NCBI GenBank assembly: GCA_947588005.1
Contig: CANPYE010000002.1
Location: 3,733-67,732 of the forward strand
Direction of reading: 5' to 3'
From: an uncultured Lachnospiraceae bacterium
GTDB lineage: Bacteria > Bacillota > Clostridia > Lachnospirales > Lachnospiraceae
DNA length: 64,000 nucleotides
The translations under genes were made by a program, and so were the position numbers. The notes under the pieces are model-generated. The model was not told the origin of the DNA. It worked only from the letters and a program-made list of their open reading frames with translations, and did no database searches. Shown here one piece after another: positions 37,064 to 47,980 of this stretch; position 1 is the first letter of the stretch, and each line of letters begins with the position of its first letter.

Positions 37064-37114
37064 TTATATCATCTCCCTGAATTTTCTATATGAACATCCG
37101 ATTCTTATCTATAT

Positions 37115-38275
37115 CTATTGATTCTTTGGCTTAAAACCAATATCATAAAATCCTTTTTTTAGATTGATCTTATCATGCAGTAAAAAGTCCTTGATGATTT
37201 CCACTATCTTCCCTGACGTAGTTCCATCACCATATTCATACGAAGCAATATGATCCATCTGCACAGCTTGAGCGATTGCTTTCACAATGTCATCCTTCAG
37301 CGGCTGACAGTTCACTATTGTTTTAGCCATCATTCTCCCGCTTTGACGATCCCCGATATTAACAGTGGGCGTACCTAAAACCGGGGCCTCAATAATCCCG
37401 CTGGAAGAATTCCCAAGTACAAATCTGGCATACTTTACTGCGCTTAGATACCGTATCATTCCTAGATTGGCAACAAAAACCGTATTCTTATGCGTGGAAG
37501 CAAAATTGTGCAGAATTTCATTTGCTATATCTCCACCGGCATCTGCATTTGCTTCCGTAATAACATAATAAATTTCACCATACTTTTCCATAGCCGCACA
37601 CAATTCGCTCACCTGTTCCGACACAGACTGTTCCAGTGTAACCGGATGGAACGTAACCACCGCATACGGCATCTCAGAAGGGATCTTGATCTCACGTCTG
37701 ATATCCTTCTCAGATAGCAACGGCGCATGCAAGATATTCTCCGTCCCTAAACTTCCCACGCAGAATACCCGTTCTGGGGATTCCCCCAGCTGTATTACCC
37801 GTTTCCTGTACTGTTCGGTCGAGGCAAAATGCAGATAGCTCATTTTGGACAGCGCATGACGGACACAGTCATCCACTGCACCTGCCGTTACTTCTCCGCC
37901 ATGGATATGGCCGATCGGTATCCTTTCGTTCATTGCAGCGCAGGCAATTGCCAGCGTTTCTGTCCGGTCGCCTGTCATAACCAGCATATCCGGCCTGTGA
38001 TTTCTGAAGTAAGCTGCAAACCCTTCCAGAGCGTTTGACATTGTCAAGGAAATCCCATACTCCGTATTGTCCTCTGACAAGATGGGAATGCACTGTGCTA
38101 TGGGGAATCCGTCCGCTTCGATATCCCTAACCGTATAACCATGTTTATGAGACAAATGCGTCCCCGTAACAAGCAGTTCAAGCTGCAGATCCCCGTCCTC
38201 ATGAATCGCACGTATTAACGGAATCAGCATACCATATTCCGCCCGCGTTGCCGTAACCACCGCCACCGTTTTCAT
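37115..38275 (-). CDS. neuC: Hydrolysing NDP-sugar 2-epimerase (NeuC/LegG)
   Basis: TRAEYG, GDR.E, HIHGGE.T.GA.D, GNSSSGIIEAP and NIGDRQ.GR. Confidence 0.93.
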   Translation of the reverse strand: MKTVAVVTATRAEYGMLIPLIRAIHEDGDLQLELLVTGTHLSHKHGYTVRDIEADGFPIAQCIPILSEDNTEYGISLTMSNALEGFAAYFRNHRPDMLVMTGDRTETLAIACAAMNERIPIGHIHGGEVTAGAVDDCVRHALSKMSYLHFASTEQYRKRVIQLGESPERVFCVGSLGTENILHAPLLSEKDIRREIKIPSEMPYAVVTFHPVTLEQSVSEQVSELCAAMEKYGEIYYVITEANADAGGDIANEILHNFASTHKNTVFVANLGMIRYLSAVKYARFVLGNSSSGIIEAPVLGTPTVNIGDRQSGRMMAKTIVNCQPLKDDIVKAIAQAVQMDHIASYEYGDGTTSGKIVEIIKDFLLHDKINLKKGFYDIGFKPKNQ

Positions 38276-39273
38276 AACTCAATCAACTCATCCTCTGCAA
38301 AATCTCTCACTGCCCGTCTCCCTAAAACTTCCGGCCACCTCATGGGATTGATTCCATTCCCTGGCCGCTTTGTCGTAATATTATCCTCTGTTAACAGTTC
38401 CCCTGCCCTTATGTTCTTCCGTGCTACAATACTCTTTCTCGCTATGGCAATGTTTTTCCGCTCAGATTCCGTAACAATTTTTTCAGATGTCCCGATTGCC
38501 TTCTCGATATGCCGTATGGCATCCACCATCTGCTTCAGTTCCCCCGCTTCCAGACTGGCCTTATGATCCGGACCTTCCATATTTCGGTCAAGTGTAAAAT
38601 GCTTCTCAATCACCGTTGCCCCCATCGCCACAGCTGCAACCGGAACTTCAATCCCCTGTGTATGATCCGAATATCCTACTTCCACATTAAACTCTCTGCG
38701 CAGCGTGTCCATTGCCCTTAAGTTTACATCCTTATACGGCGCCGGATACTCCGTTGTACAATGCAAAAGACAGATTGTTCCGGCCCCATTATCTTTTAAG
38801 AGATCAACCGCCGCTCTAATCTCGGCCAGGCAGCACATTCCTGTTGACATAACAATCGGTTTCCCCGTTTTTCCTATTTTCACAAGATACGGGTAGTTTG
38901 TGACTTCCCCGGAAGGTATTTTCCAGAAGCTGATTCCAAGATTATCCAGCAGCGTAATGCTTTCCTCGTCGAATGCTGTGGAAGCAAAATCTATTTTCTT
39001 CTGTGCCGCATACTGGAACAATTCCGCAAAACATTCTCCAGGAAGCGTCAGCCGGCTCAGCATTTCCAGCTGGCCTTCTCCGCTTCCCGTTGTCTTTTTC
39101 TGATATTCGGCTTTTTGTGCATAACGGGAAACCAGGCTGGCAGGTTTAAAAGTTTGAAATTTGATACAGTCTGCCCCAGCCGCAGCCGCTTCTTCCACCA
39201 TTCTTTTCGCCAGTTCCATGCTTCCGTTATGGTTGACACCGGCCTCCGCAATGATATACGTTTTATTCTTCAT
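38272..39273 (-). CDS. neuB: Nonulosonic acid synthase (NeuB/LegI)
   Basis: IIAEAGVNHNG, KIPSGE.TN, LHC.TEYP, GYSDHT and EKHFTLD. Confidence 0.95.
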   Translation of the reverse strand: MKNKTYIIAEAGVNHNGSMELAKRMVEEAAAAGADCIKFQTFKPASLVSRYAQKAEYQKKTTGSGEGQLEMLSRLTLPGECFAELFQYAAQKKIDFASTAFDEESITLLDNLGISFWKIPSGEVTNYPYLVKIGKTGKPIVMSTGMCCLAEIRAAVDLLKDNGAGTICLLHCTTEYPAPYKDVNLRAMDTLRREFNVEVGYSDHTQGIEVPVAAVAMGATVIEKHFTLDRNMEGPDHKASLEAGELKQMVDAIRHIEKAIGTSEKIVTESERKNIAIARKSIVARKNIRAGELLTEDNITTKRPGNGINPMRWPEVLGRRAVRDFAEDELIEL

Positions 39274-39330
39274 AATTCCTTCCACCCGCCTGCCCTCTGA
39301 GCCAGGTCTGCTATCCCTCCGCACTAATCT

Positions 39331-39918
39331 TTATGCCCTTCTTATAACTTCCCCAGCTCCAATAATTGTCTTATCCTGAATTTCCTGTCCCTGTATCACA
39401 GTTGCATTGGCGCCTATAAAACTATCCTGTCCAACCTTAACACTTCCACATAGCACAGCTCCGACAGACACATGACTGAACGCCCCAACACTACAGTCAT
39501 GTTCAATGATTGCTCCTGTATTGATTATTACCTGATCATCAATGACCGTTCCTGAATTAATAACGGCTTTTTTCCCAATGAAAATCCCATTCCCCAGCCG
39601 TACATTCCGGGCCAGTATAGCCGTCCGGTCAATAACATTTGTAAAATGAAAGCCTGCTTCAACTGCCAAACCATACAGGCGTCTTCTCAAATCCGTGCTT
39701 TTTATTGAGCCAGCCGTTACAAAGGCATAATGGTAGCCCCGGTTATATAAATACAGCAATTCATCATCCGTCCCAACAACCGAAACCCCCATAACATCCT
39801 GTCCCACTTTTTCCGGCCGATCAAGAATGACTATGTCATCAAATTCCTGCCCCTGTAAAATGGAACCCAGTACGGACTCACAATGCCCCCCTGCTCCCAG
39901 CAGCACAAGTTTCTTCAT
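39331..39918 (-). CDS. NeuD/PglD-family acetyltransferase
   Basis: GAGGH, INTGA.IEHDC and hexapeptide repeats. Confidence 0.9.
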   Translation of the reverse strand: MKKLVLLGAGGHCESVLGSILQGQEFDDIVILDRPEKVGQDVMGVSVVGTDDELLYLYNRGYHYAFVTAGSIKSTDLRRRLYGLAVEAGFHFTNVIDRTAILARNVRLGNGIFIGKKAVINSGTVIDDQVIINTGAIIEHDCSVGAFSHVSVGAVLCGSVKVGQDSFIGANATVIQGQEIQDKTIIGAGEVIRRA

Positions 39919-40958
39919 GTCTTCTCCAGCCTTTTCTTCATCCGCTCCAGCTCATCCAGCTGCCCCATATCAAGCCACTTATCTTCCGATATCCGGTACA
40001 CACCAACCGATTCCCCGTCATCGATACATTTCTGGATCACATCCGTGATATGGATAAACGTATTATCCGGTATCCTCTCCAGAAATTTCGGCTCCAGCAC
40101 ATACAGGCCCGTGTTCGTAATAAATGACATCTCCGGTTTCTCATTCAGTTTCAAAGCCTGGCCGGAACCAGAGGTATCCACCGTCCCATATGGGATGACG
40201 ACATGCTTTTCCGCACAGACCATTGTCGCAATGTTCCCCTGCTCCTTATGCTGCCTCAGTATATCGCTGTAATCTTCCTCGATCAGGATATCGCAGTTGC
40301 TCATAAAAAAAGTGGATGTGTACTTTCCCTCCAGCAGTTTCAATCCTCCGCCTGTTCCCCGGTATTCCGTTTCCTCCACAAACGACAGGTCTATATGGTC
40401 CTCATGGTCCATGAAATAGGACTTGATAAAATTCTTTTTGTAATTGACGATCATGTCAAACTGCGTGCATCCATACGCCCTAAAGTGGTCTATGATGTGC
40501 TCCGTGATCGTCTTCTCCCCGATCGGGATCAGCGGTTTGGGAAGGATCTGCGTATACGGATACAGCCTGGTCCCTTTCCCTCCTGCCATGATGGCTACAG
40601 GAATATGTATCTGTTTTCGGGCCGGTTCCGATGGTTCATGCAGGAAAACAATTTTCACGATCTCCCCGCGATGGTTCAGAAGCGGCAGCGACCGGATACG
40701 GAACCGCCCCATCACCTCCCCCGCCTTTGCTTCTTCCTCATAGGGAAGCGACTTGGGATTCCGGTTCGCAATCTTTCCCGCCGGCTGGTCCAAAGCACCA
40801 CCCTTTAGCAGATGCCTGCGTATATCCCCGTCTGTCAGGACACCTACCAGCCTTCTTCCCTCGCAAAGATAAACGATCCCATGGCTGTTCCTGTCGATCG
40901 CCTCCATTGCCCTGATTACCGGAGTTTGGGAATCTACGATATAACCTTCCAGATTCAT
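39915..40958 (-). CDS. CBS-domain sugar-phosphate nucleotidyltransferase (PtmE-like)
   Basis: N-terminal CBS pair (LTDGDIRR) and MAGGKGTRL.P.T..LPKPL. Confidence 0.9.
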   Translation of the reverse strand: MNLEGYIVDSQTPVIRAMEAIDRNSHGIVYLCEGRRLVGVLTDGDIRRHLLKGGALDQPAGKIANRNPKSLPYEEEAKAGEVMGRFRIRSLPLLNHRGEIVKIVFLHEPSEPARKQIHIPVAIMAGGKGTRLYPYTQILPKPLIPIGEKTITEHIIDHFRAYGCTQFDMIVNYKKNFIKSYFMDHEDHIDLSFVEETEYRGTGGGLKLLEGKYTSTFFMSNCDILIEEDYSDILRQHKEQGNIATMVCAEKHVVIPYGTVDTSGSGQALKLNEKPEMSFITNTGLYVLEPKFLERIPDNTFIHITDVIQKCIDDGESVGVYRISEDKWLDMGQLDELERMKKRLEKT

Positions 40959-40994
40959 AAATTTTCCGCCTCGTTGTGTTTCCAGTATCCGCTT

Positions 40995-42149
40995 CTAACC
41001 GCAAGTTTTTTCAAACTGCAGGACCTTCTCCGCAACCCTGGTTACATCTTCCTTTGTCAGATTGCTGCTGCATGGGAGGTTCACGATCCTGCCGTAATAC
41101 CACAACGCCTTTTCGATTTTATAGGCCTGCGCATTCTGATAAGGCTTAAGCGTATGGATCAGCTGCCATACCGGACGGCTCTGGATGCGGCAGGCGTCCA
41201 GGTGCTTTATCAGCCCATCCCGGTCTTTGGACAGGAAACTGTAGAACCAATGGTTGCTCCGGATCCCATCCCTGAAGGGCAGAAGGTTCAGACCCAGCCG
41301 CTGATATTCCTCATAATTCTCTGTCTTTGTCCGGATGAAGCCTTCCAATTGTTCCATCTGGGCCAGTCCCAAGGCGGCCTGCAGGTTCGTCATACGATAG
41401 TTATAGCCGATCTCTTCATGGACAAAATACACCACATCTTTTTTCGCCTGGGTAGACAGAAAGCGGCACCGTTCCACCAGGTCTCTGTCCCTGGAAACGA
41501 TCATTCCGCCACCGCCAGTGGTGATGATCTTATTTCCATTAAAGGAATATACACCGACATCCCCGATCGTTCCGGCATACCTGCCTGCGTACTCCCCAGC
41601 AAGGTAGCAGGTCCCCAGCGCTTCTGTGGCGTCCTCCACCACTTTCAGGTGGTACTGCCCTGCCACCTCCATGATCCGCTCCATATCGGCCATGTTGCCA
41701 AAGATATGGACAACCACAACTGCACGGATACGCCGTCCGCTGGTTTTATTGGTCAGGACACCATCCTTATAGTCGCATTCTTCCCTGCAGAAGGCGGCCA
41801 GCTTATCCGGATCCATAGTCAGCGAGTCATCACAATCCATAAAGACCGGTTCCGCCCCGGCATACCGTACCGGGTTGACTGCCGCAATGAATGTGAGGGT
41901 CGGTACGATGACTTCTTCCCCGGCGCTGATCCCCAAAGCCAACATAGCCAGGTGGAGACCGGCCGTCCCGCTCTGGCAGGCTGCTGCGGCAGGGACATGG
42001 ACATAATCCGCTATTTCATTTTCAAAGTCCTTAATATACGGCCCGCCGGTGGATACCCACTCGGTCTTTACCGCCTCTGTCACGTAATCCAATTCCTTAC
42101 CTTTCAGGTTCGGAACCGACAGCGGAATATATGTATCACTCATAGTCAT
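40995..42149 (-). CDS. legC: LegC-family aminotransferase
   Basis: WVST.G, SGTAGLH, EDATEALG, SFNGNKIITTGGGG and GYNYRM. Confidence 0.88.
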   Translation of the reverse strand: MTMSDTYIPLSVPNLKGKELDYVTEAVKTEWVSTGGPYIKDFENEIADYVHVPAAAACQSGTAGLHLAMLALGISAGEEVIVPTLTFIAAVNPVRYAGAEPVFMDCDDSLTMDPDKLAAFCREECDYKDGVLTNKTSGRRIRAVVVVHIFGNMADMERIMEVAGQYHLKVVEDATEALGTCYLAGEYAGRYAGTIGDVGVYSFNGNKIITTGGGGMIVSRDRDLVERCRFLSTQAKKDVVYFVHEEIGYNYRMTNLQAALGLAQMEQLEGFIRTKTENYEEYQRLGLNLLPFRDGIRSNHWFYSFLSKDRDGLIKHLDACRIQSRPVWQLIHTLKPYQNAQAYKIEKALWYYGRIVNLPCSSNLTKEDVTRVAEKVLQFEKTCG

Positions 42150-42244
42150 GTCCTCTTATCTGATCCGGGTAAACCGGATCAGTTATTTTACGTATTCTTC
42201 ACACTGTGCATCATAAGCTGTCGAGCAGAGCAGCCTGCACGCAT

Positions 42245-43222
42245 TTATAAGTTATATATGTCTGTTTTATACCTGTCCAGGTTGTCCCGCAGGAACTGCA
42301 CCGTCTCGGAAAGTCCTTCACTCAGGGTATATCCCGGTTTCCAGTCCGTCAGCCGGCGGATCTTCTCATTAGAGCCTAACAGCCGGTTCACCTCGCTTTT
42401 CTCCGGACGCAGCCTCTGTTCATCGCAGATAATCCGTGCCTGCGGATTGATCTGACGGATCAGTTCCCCCGCCAGCTCCCCGATGGAAATCTCCTGCTGG
42501 GTCGCTATATTGATTTCCTCCCCGATCGTTTTGTCGCTCTTGTATATCTCAATGAAACCGTTGGCCGTATCCTTCACGTAATTGAAATCCCGTGTCGGCG
42601 TCAATGCCCCCAGCCTGATCTCCGTCTTGCCTGCCAAAAGCTGCGTGATAATCGTCGGTATGACAGCTCTGGCGGACTGCCTGGGGCCGTAGGTGTTAAA
42701 CGGCCTGACAATGGTAACGGGCAGATTAAAGGAGCGGTAGAAAGACTCTGCCAATCTGTCCGCCCCGATCTTCGTCGCTGAATAGGGGGACTGTCCCTGG
42801 AAAGGATGTTTCTCATCAATGGGAACATATTTAGCAGTTCCGTAGACTTCCGATGTAGACGTAACCAAGACCCGCTCAAGTTCCAGTTCCCTGGCCGCCT
42901 GCAGGACATTTAAAGTGCCTTTAATGTTCGTGTCCACATAGGCGTCCGGGGAATGGTAACTGAACGGAATCGCGATCAGGGCTGCAAGATGAAAGACAGC
43001 GGAGCAGCCTTTCATGGCTTCTTTTACACCATACGGGTCGCGGATATCGCCTTGGAAGACCTCTACGTGATCCATAATGGAAGAAGGCAGGGTATCCAGC
43101 CACCCCCAGGTATTAAAGGAATTATAATAAACAAAAGCTTTGACTTCGTAGCCCTGTTTTACAAGTTCTTCTGTTAGATGGCTGCCGATGAAACCATCGG
43201 AGCCGGTGAGTAAGATTTTCAT
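42245..43222 (-). CDS. legB: NAD-dependent 4,6-dehydratase (LegB)
   Basis: GSDGFIGSHL, YNSFN.WGWLD, HLAALIAIPFSY, YSATK and RPFNTYGPRQS.RA. Confidence 0.9.
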   Translation of the reverse strand: MKILLTGSDGFIGSHLTEELVKQGYEVKAFVYYNSFNTWGWLDTLPSSIMDHVEVFQGDIRDPYGVKEAMKGCSAVFHLAALIAIPFSYHSPDAYVDTNIKGTLNVLQAARELELERVLVTSTSEVYGTAKYVPIDEKHPFQGQSPYSATKIGADRLAESFYRSFNLPVTIVRPFNTYGPRQSARAVIPTIITQLLAGKTEIRLGALTPTRDFNYVKDTANGFIEIYKSDKTIGEEINIATQQEISIGELAGELIRQINPQARIICDEQRLRPEKSEVNRLLGSNEKIRRLTDWKPGYTLSEGLSETVQFLRDNLDRYKTDIYNL

Positions 43223-43376
43223 TCTGATTTTATTAATGTCTAAATACCTGACATCTTTCCCTTTCTATATACTTTTTCATCACACAATTATTATGGTACG
43301 ATGATTTCTTCACACACTAATTTTAACAGGTTCTGGTTCCTCTCTAAAAGTTTATGATTCTTCATATCCTTGTGTT

Positions 43377-44897
43377 TCACCGGGAGCCTCTTATTTTTGC
43401 ACATAGTTCCATACATTCATCTACTCGCAGTACATATGTAATAACAATATATGCAATGCCACCAATCGAAATAGAAATAGCAAGACGCAATATATCCATA
43501 AGCAAACCATGTCTCACCCCAAAAACACATAATTTACTTACTGCAGACGAGATAATTGCAAACACTATTGAAGCTGCCATTATTATTCCAAACTTCCGGA
43601 TTCGCTCTTTCATAACTTTTTTAGAAATCACCCGGCACAATTCCCTAATGTACAAAGGGAATACCAAGATAGCTGCGACAGTTGTTGCAATGGCTAACCC
43701 CACGTGTTCATAATAATTCACTAAAATCAAGGACAAAACAATATTTATACTTATCTCAAATATACTATATTTTAAATTTATTGCTGTTCTTCCATCTGAA
43801 TACATAATACGGATTATTAACTCACGCCATACAAGCACAACTAGCGATAACATATACACTAAAAAGGGAAATACAGTATTCATTAACGAATCCTGATCAA
43901 AATTTCCCCGCATAAATATAATACGAACTATATCCTCCGAAAAAACACAACATATAAAACATATAGGAACTATGATAAATGTTATGATATCTAGATATTT
44001 AGCTATCAATTTCTGCACAGCTTCTTTATCACCACTTACTAGTTTTTCTGCTACTTTAGGATAAATAACAGTAGCAATTACCGTTGATGATGTCGTAACA
44101 AAAACTGCCCTCAATGTAAAAGAATAATTCAGTGCAGCCATTCTTCCTTCTGGCAAAAAAGAAGATAACATTTTATCTACAAATCCATTTATATCAACCA
44201 GTATATTACTAATAAATAGAGGAAACGCTAACTTAAATATTTCTTTAAGATATTCGTCATTCTTCTTATACTTTACAAATCTATATCCCCTTTTTCTTGA
44301 TAAGTTTCCAAGCCACCACAACTGAAATGGCCATGGCAAGACAACTCCTATAGGCAGAAAGACGTCTCCCGCCTTTGCGGCAATGATAATAAATGATGCT
44401 TGAATTATACTAACAAATAGGTTCGATATGTTGCTATTAATATAATCTCCATTGCAATTTAAATATGCCGTCAAAATTTGTACGGGTGTATTAAACAGCA
44501 CCGCCCATATAGTTATTGCTAAAAATTGCGATGTGATTTTTTTGGAATACAAATCGAATCCAAATGCACATATTGCTACAATCTGCTTACTTAAAATAAC
44601 AGTGAAACCAATACATATAACCGCAATAATTACACTAACTGCTAAAATATTATTAAGGAACTGATTCCGCTTCCCGTTTTCTTTTATCTCAAAGTATACC
44701 GGAGTGAACCCCGTTCCTAACGCCGGTAAAAAACCGAACAGAATAGACGGAATAGTAACGCTCATTAAATACACGTCAACTATACCGCTGGTTCCAAAGT
44801 AATATGCTAAAAGTAACTCTCGCAAAAAGCCAAAGCACTTTCCTAATAAAGATATACTTATTATAACTATAACAACTTTTTTAGTCGAAATCCTCAT
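43377..44897 (-). CDS. MurJ/MviN-like flippase (Wzx role)
   Basis: GFLRE..LAY.FG, VDK...S and RG.F; many TM segments. Confidence 0.8.
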   Translation of the reverse strand: MRISTKKVVIVIISISLLGKCFGFLRELLLAYYFGTSGIVDVYLMSVTIPSILFGFLPALGTGFTPVYFEIKENGKRNQFLNNILAVSVIIAVICIGFTVILSKQIVAICAFGFDLYSKKITSQFLAITIWAVLFNTPVQILTAYLNCNGDYINSNISNLFVSIIQASFIIIAAKAGDVFLPIGVVLPWPFQLWWLGNLSRKRGYRFVKYKKNDEYLKEIFKLAFPLFISNILVDINGFVDKMLSSFLPEGRMAALNYSFTLRAVFVTTSSTVIATVIYPKVAEKLVSGDKEAVQKLIAKYLDIITFIIVPICFICCVFSEDIVRIIFMRGNFDQDSLMNTVFPFLVYMLSLVVLVWRELIIRIMYSDGRTAINLKYSIFEISINIVLSLILVNYYEHVGLAIATTVAAILVFPLYIRELCRVISKKVMKERIRKFGIIMAASIVFAIISSAVSKLCVFGVRHGLLMDILRLAISISIGGIAYIVITYVLRVDECMELCAKIRGSR

Positions 44898-44915
44898 TCT
44901 CGCTCAGTATACCTC

Positions 44916-46400
44916 TTACGTACAGTAATACTCACGATAAAACTCTATTATTTTTTTTGCTAAGAGTATTTTATCTGCATCATTAATTACTGGAGAGCCA
45001 TTATCAATAAAGTTTTTCTCATGCATCATGCCTAACGGTACTACATATTTTTGTACCGCAGCGAGAAATATTTCTAGCTCTCTATAATCCATAACACGCT
45101 TATCGGATTGAACGGCAGCAATTGCTCTTTTACAATCCTCTGCTGTCCTTATTCTATACACTGTTGGATATTCTTCATAAAATGTAGCACCAAACAGAAT
45201 TACAGGTATTCCTCTAAAAATTGCCTCAAATCCGACCGTCCCTGTTACTGTTACCACAGCAAGACAATCATTTAACAATTCACCAGATGAGATTCTATGG
45301 TCAATCAATCGCACATTCCTGAGTTTTTTTATTTGCTTATAAAACTGTTCATTTCTACTCTCGTAAATACTTTCAAGCCTATTTTTTTGGATCCAGTATG
45401 CCGGATGTTCTTTAACATACAAATATAATCCATCAGGAAGATTCTCTGATATTAACCGTATTGCCATCAGTTGATCCGAATAAATTCCTCCTGCCGGTGT
45501 AGTAGTAGCTTCTGGCTGAAGATGTAAGCAGAACAAAAGAAAATCCTGTTGCTCATCCACATTTTCTTCTAAGCGTTCAACTTTTTTTAAAAATCGTGCT
45601 GTCTCATATTTTATTTTTATCAAATACAAAATCTTATTGCTAAGTATTTTTATTTCCTTTCTTTTTAAATACTTTTCGGCATGCTTTTTATAAAATGCAA
45701 TCCTGTTTACAATTGAACTTTTCTCATTAAAAAAAACCACCTTTTTATCTATACATGCATTGAGATCATACTGCTCAAAATATCTTCTCATTTCCGGAAT
45801 TAATTGAACTTCTTTACCCTCTCTGTTATATTCTTCCTTCAATGTGTTATATCTAGCAGAAATATTCAAGTCAAATAGATCGTGCGATGGTCTTAAAATG
45901 AAATTTATTTTTTCTCCTTTCGTAAATGGCATAACTCCTTGTATTATGGTAGGAATAGAGCGTGCTTTGCATATTGCATAGGGAACAAACTCATCTACAA
46001 CATGCGGCATTACATTGATAATCATCAAATTGATTCTGTGCTTAAGAATATAATCATTCCAGTATCTTAAAAAAATATAATAAAGCTCCTTAATATCTCT
46101 ATAATTACTACTATTTATGTAGCTCCTTCTCCACCGATTAATTATATCTAAACATATTTGCTCATAAGGTTTCATCAAATTGACTATATAGTCATCTAAC
46201 TCGTATTCTATAGATGCATCGGAATAATAACTCAATGGATTATTTATATCCAAGGGAATAATTAAATCATTTTTTACTTCTTCATTTTCTTCTGTTCGAA
46301 TATAAAAACACTTTTTTATTTTTAATTCTTTCATTAACAAATTAAAAGCTGGATTATTGACACCATAAAACCAACAAGTTAACAAATTAATCTCCTGCAT
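44916..46400 (-). CDS. KpsS/Capsule_synth-like glycosyltransferase, candidate nonulosonate transferase
   Basis: LH.QPE.TT, YVKEHP and TVTGTVGFEA...G.P. Confidence 0.7.
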   Translation of the reverse strand: MQEINLLTCWFYGVNNPAFNLLMKELKIKKCFYIRTEENEEVKNDLIIPLDINNPLSYYSDASIEYELDDYIVNLMKPYEQICLDIINRWRRSYINSSNYRDIKELYYIFLRYWNDYILKHRINLMIINVMPHVVDEFVPYAICKARSIPTIIQGVMPFTKGEKINFILRPSHDLFDLNISARYNTLKEEYNREGKEVQLIPEMRRYFEQYDLNACIDKKVVFFNEKSSIVNRIAFYKKHAEKYLKRKEIKILSNKILYLIKIKYETARFLKKVERLEENVDEQQDFLLFCLHLQPEATTTPAGGIYSDQLMAIRLISENLPDGLYLYVKEHPAYWIQKNRLESIYESRNEQFYKQIKKLRNVRLIDHRISSGELLNDCLAVVTVTGTVGFEAIFRGIPVILFGATFYEEYPTVYRIRTAEDCKRAIAAVQSDKRVMDYRELEIFLAAVQKYVVPLGMMHEKNFIDNGSPVINDADKILLAKKIIEFYREYYCT

Positions 46401-46478
46401 ATAAATTATCCCTCCCAAACAACTACTTTATTATTAGCCCACTCATTTATCTTAGTACCGCGTACATTACTACCAAAA

Positions 46479-47753
46479 TCATTCTTCTACTTTAATCCAA
46501 CCACTTCTTCCGAATATAGTACCAGCTATTAGTTCCATACACAGCATTGCAAAAATCATAAACATAAAATATCCAAAACCTAAAGCTATTGTTATCATGG
46601 ACATATATAAATTAATCATAACAGAAATCATTATTACGAGTTCTATAACTCCATAATTATTTTTGCTTGAATTCAAATATTTTAAAGTTATTCCTAACAT
46701 GATTCCTAACACAATACTTGCTACAAAAAAGCCAAAATAGCCATAATCATATAACAAAATCCCAGGTAATGCAATAAAATTTCCGCCTCCACCATCAAAA
46801 CTCGGCAGTTCCATCTTATATGAATTAAATAGTGGTGTCCTTTTTGCCAAAATAACCAATATCGATCTAAAAGATATGTTATGATTAATATCGGCAACTC
46901 CCGAATTTTCATTTATGACTGCTGCGATATAATATATACCATGAAGCATATACAATACTATCTCTGTCAACATATTAACCAAAGAGTTTCCTTGATAATT
47001 TGGCGAAACTCTTGCGCCGAGAACATCTGCTGTTAATTGTAAATATCTTAGATCATTCCCAGAAAATGCATATAAAATTGCTGTAACATATGATAACACT
47101 GCCGCCGCGGCCACAAACACCCAAAATGTTCTCCCGCGAAATTTAGGAAGAAAACTTTTCCCTAGATACTTTCTTAATATACAAACAACAAATGCAAATA
47201 CTATGGAAAGTAAAATATTGGATCTTCCACCATTGAGCATTGCCAAGCCGAATTGTCCACCAAATCCAGCTAATATAGCAAGTACCCTCTGTTTTTTATT
47301 AAGTACTTCCCAATGAAATATACCCATAAATAAAACGCAGTATGAAAACGGCACCATTAGATTCCCAAGTACACTGATAACACTTCCAGGAATTGCAGAC
47401 GCCCATTGATATCGAGCATTTCGAAACCCTCTGCTATAATCAATACCCCTAAAGAAAACTCTATCAATATATATAAATAAATTTCCTACTATAGTAGAAA
47501 AAGACGACCAATAAATAATAAAATTTAATTTCTTTCGGGAGATTTTTCTGGGAATCTTTCGTTTAATACTTTTTGCTTGACGATACCAAAAAACTGCTGT
47601 TGTAGAAACAGTAAAAACAAACACAATAATCAATATTATACTATCTAATTCATTTTCAAATTTAGATTGTATTGGAAGTAATTGTAATGAAATAAGAGAT
47701 ATTAGCCAAAGCATAATATAAATTTTCACTGCCAAAAAAATATCTTTTTTCAT
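46479..47753 (-). CDS. Putative Wzy polymerase
   Basis: About 10 TM segments, GGR motif, DYG..G; very AT-rich. Confidence 0.6.
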   Translation of the reverse strand: MKKDIFLAVKIYIMLWLISLISLQLLPIQSKFENELDSIILIIVFVFTVSTTAVFWYRQAKSIKRKIPRKISRKKLNFIIYWSSFSTIVGNLFIYIDRVFFRGIDYSRGFRNARYQWASAIPGSVISVLGNLMVPFSYCVLFMGIFHWEVLNKKQRVLAILAGFGGQFGLAMLNGGRSNILLSIVFAFVVCILRKYLGKSFLPKFRGRTFWVFVAAAAVLSYVTAILYAFSGNDLRYLQLTADVLGARVSPNYQGNSLVNMLTEIVLYMLHGIYYIAAVINENSGVADINHNISFRSILVILAKRTPLFNSYKMELPSFDGGGGNFIALPGILLYDYGYFGFFVASIVLGIMLGITLKYLNSSKNNYGVIELVIMISVMINLYMSMITIALGFGYFMFMIFAMLCMELIAGTIFGRSGWIKVEE

Positions 47754-47980
47754 ATTCTCCCCCTCACGTAATTCTTTCATCCTATTAATAAAAATCAAGG
47801 GATCAGGTATATAAACACTATATATAAATACTTTCTTGGGACATGTTCCACAATTGAATATCTAACATTGCCTTTATCAAATTTATGCTTGATATAGCAC
47901 CGCTGGACTTACTGCTGCTTCTTCTTCTCAAATTTACAAATATGAAATCACTATATAACTAAAGCTCAAAAAAATTGAAT

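Noticed and set aside
43291-43380. 29-codon minus-strand ORF coupled to the flippase stop, possibly a collapsed gene
   Set aside because: It is too short to support without a homology search.
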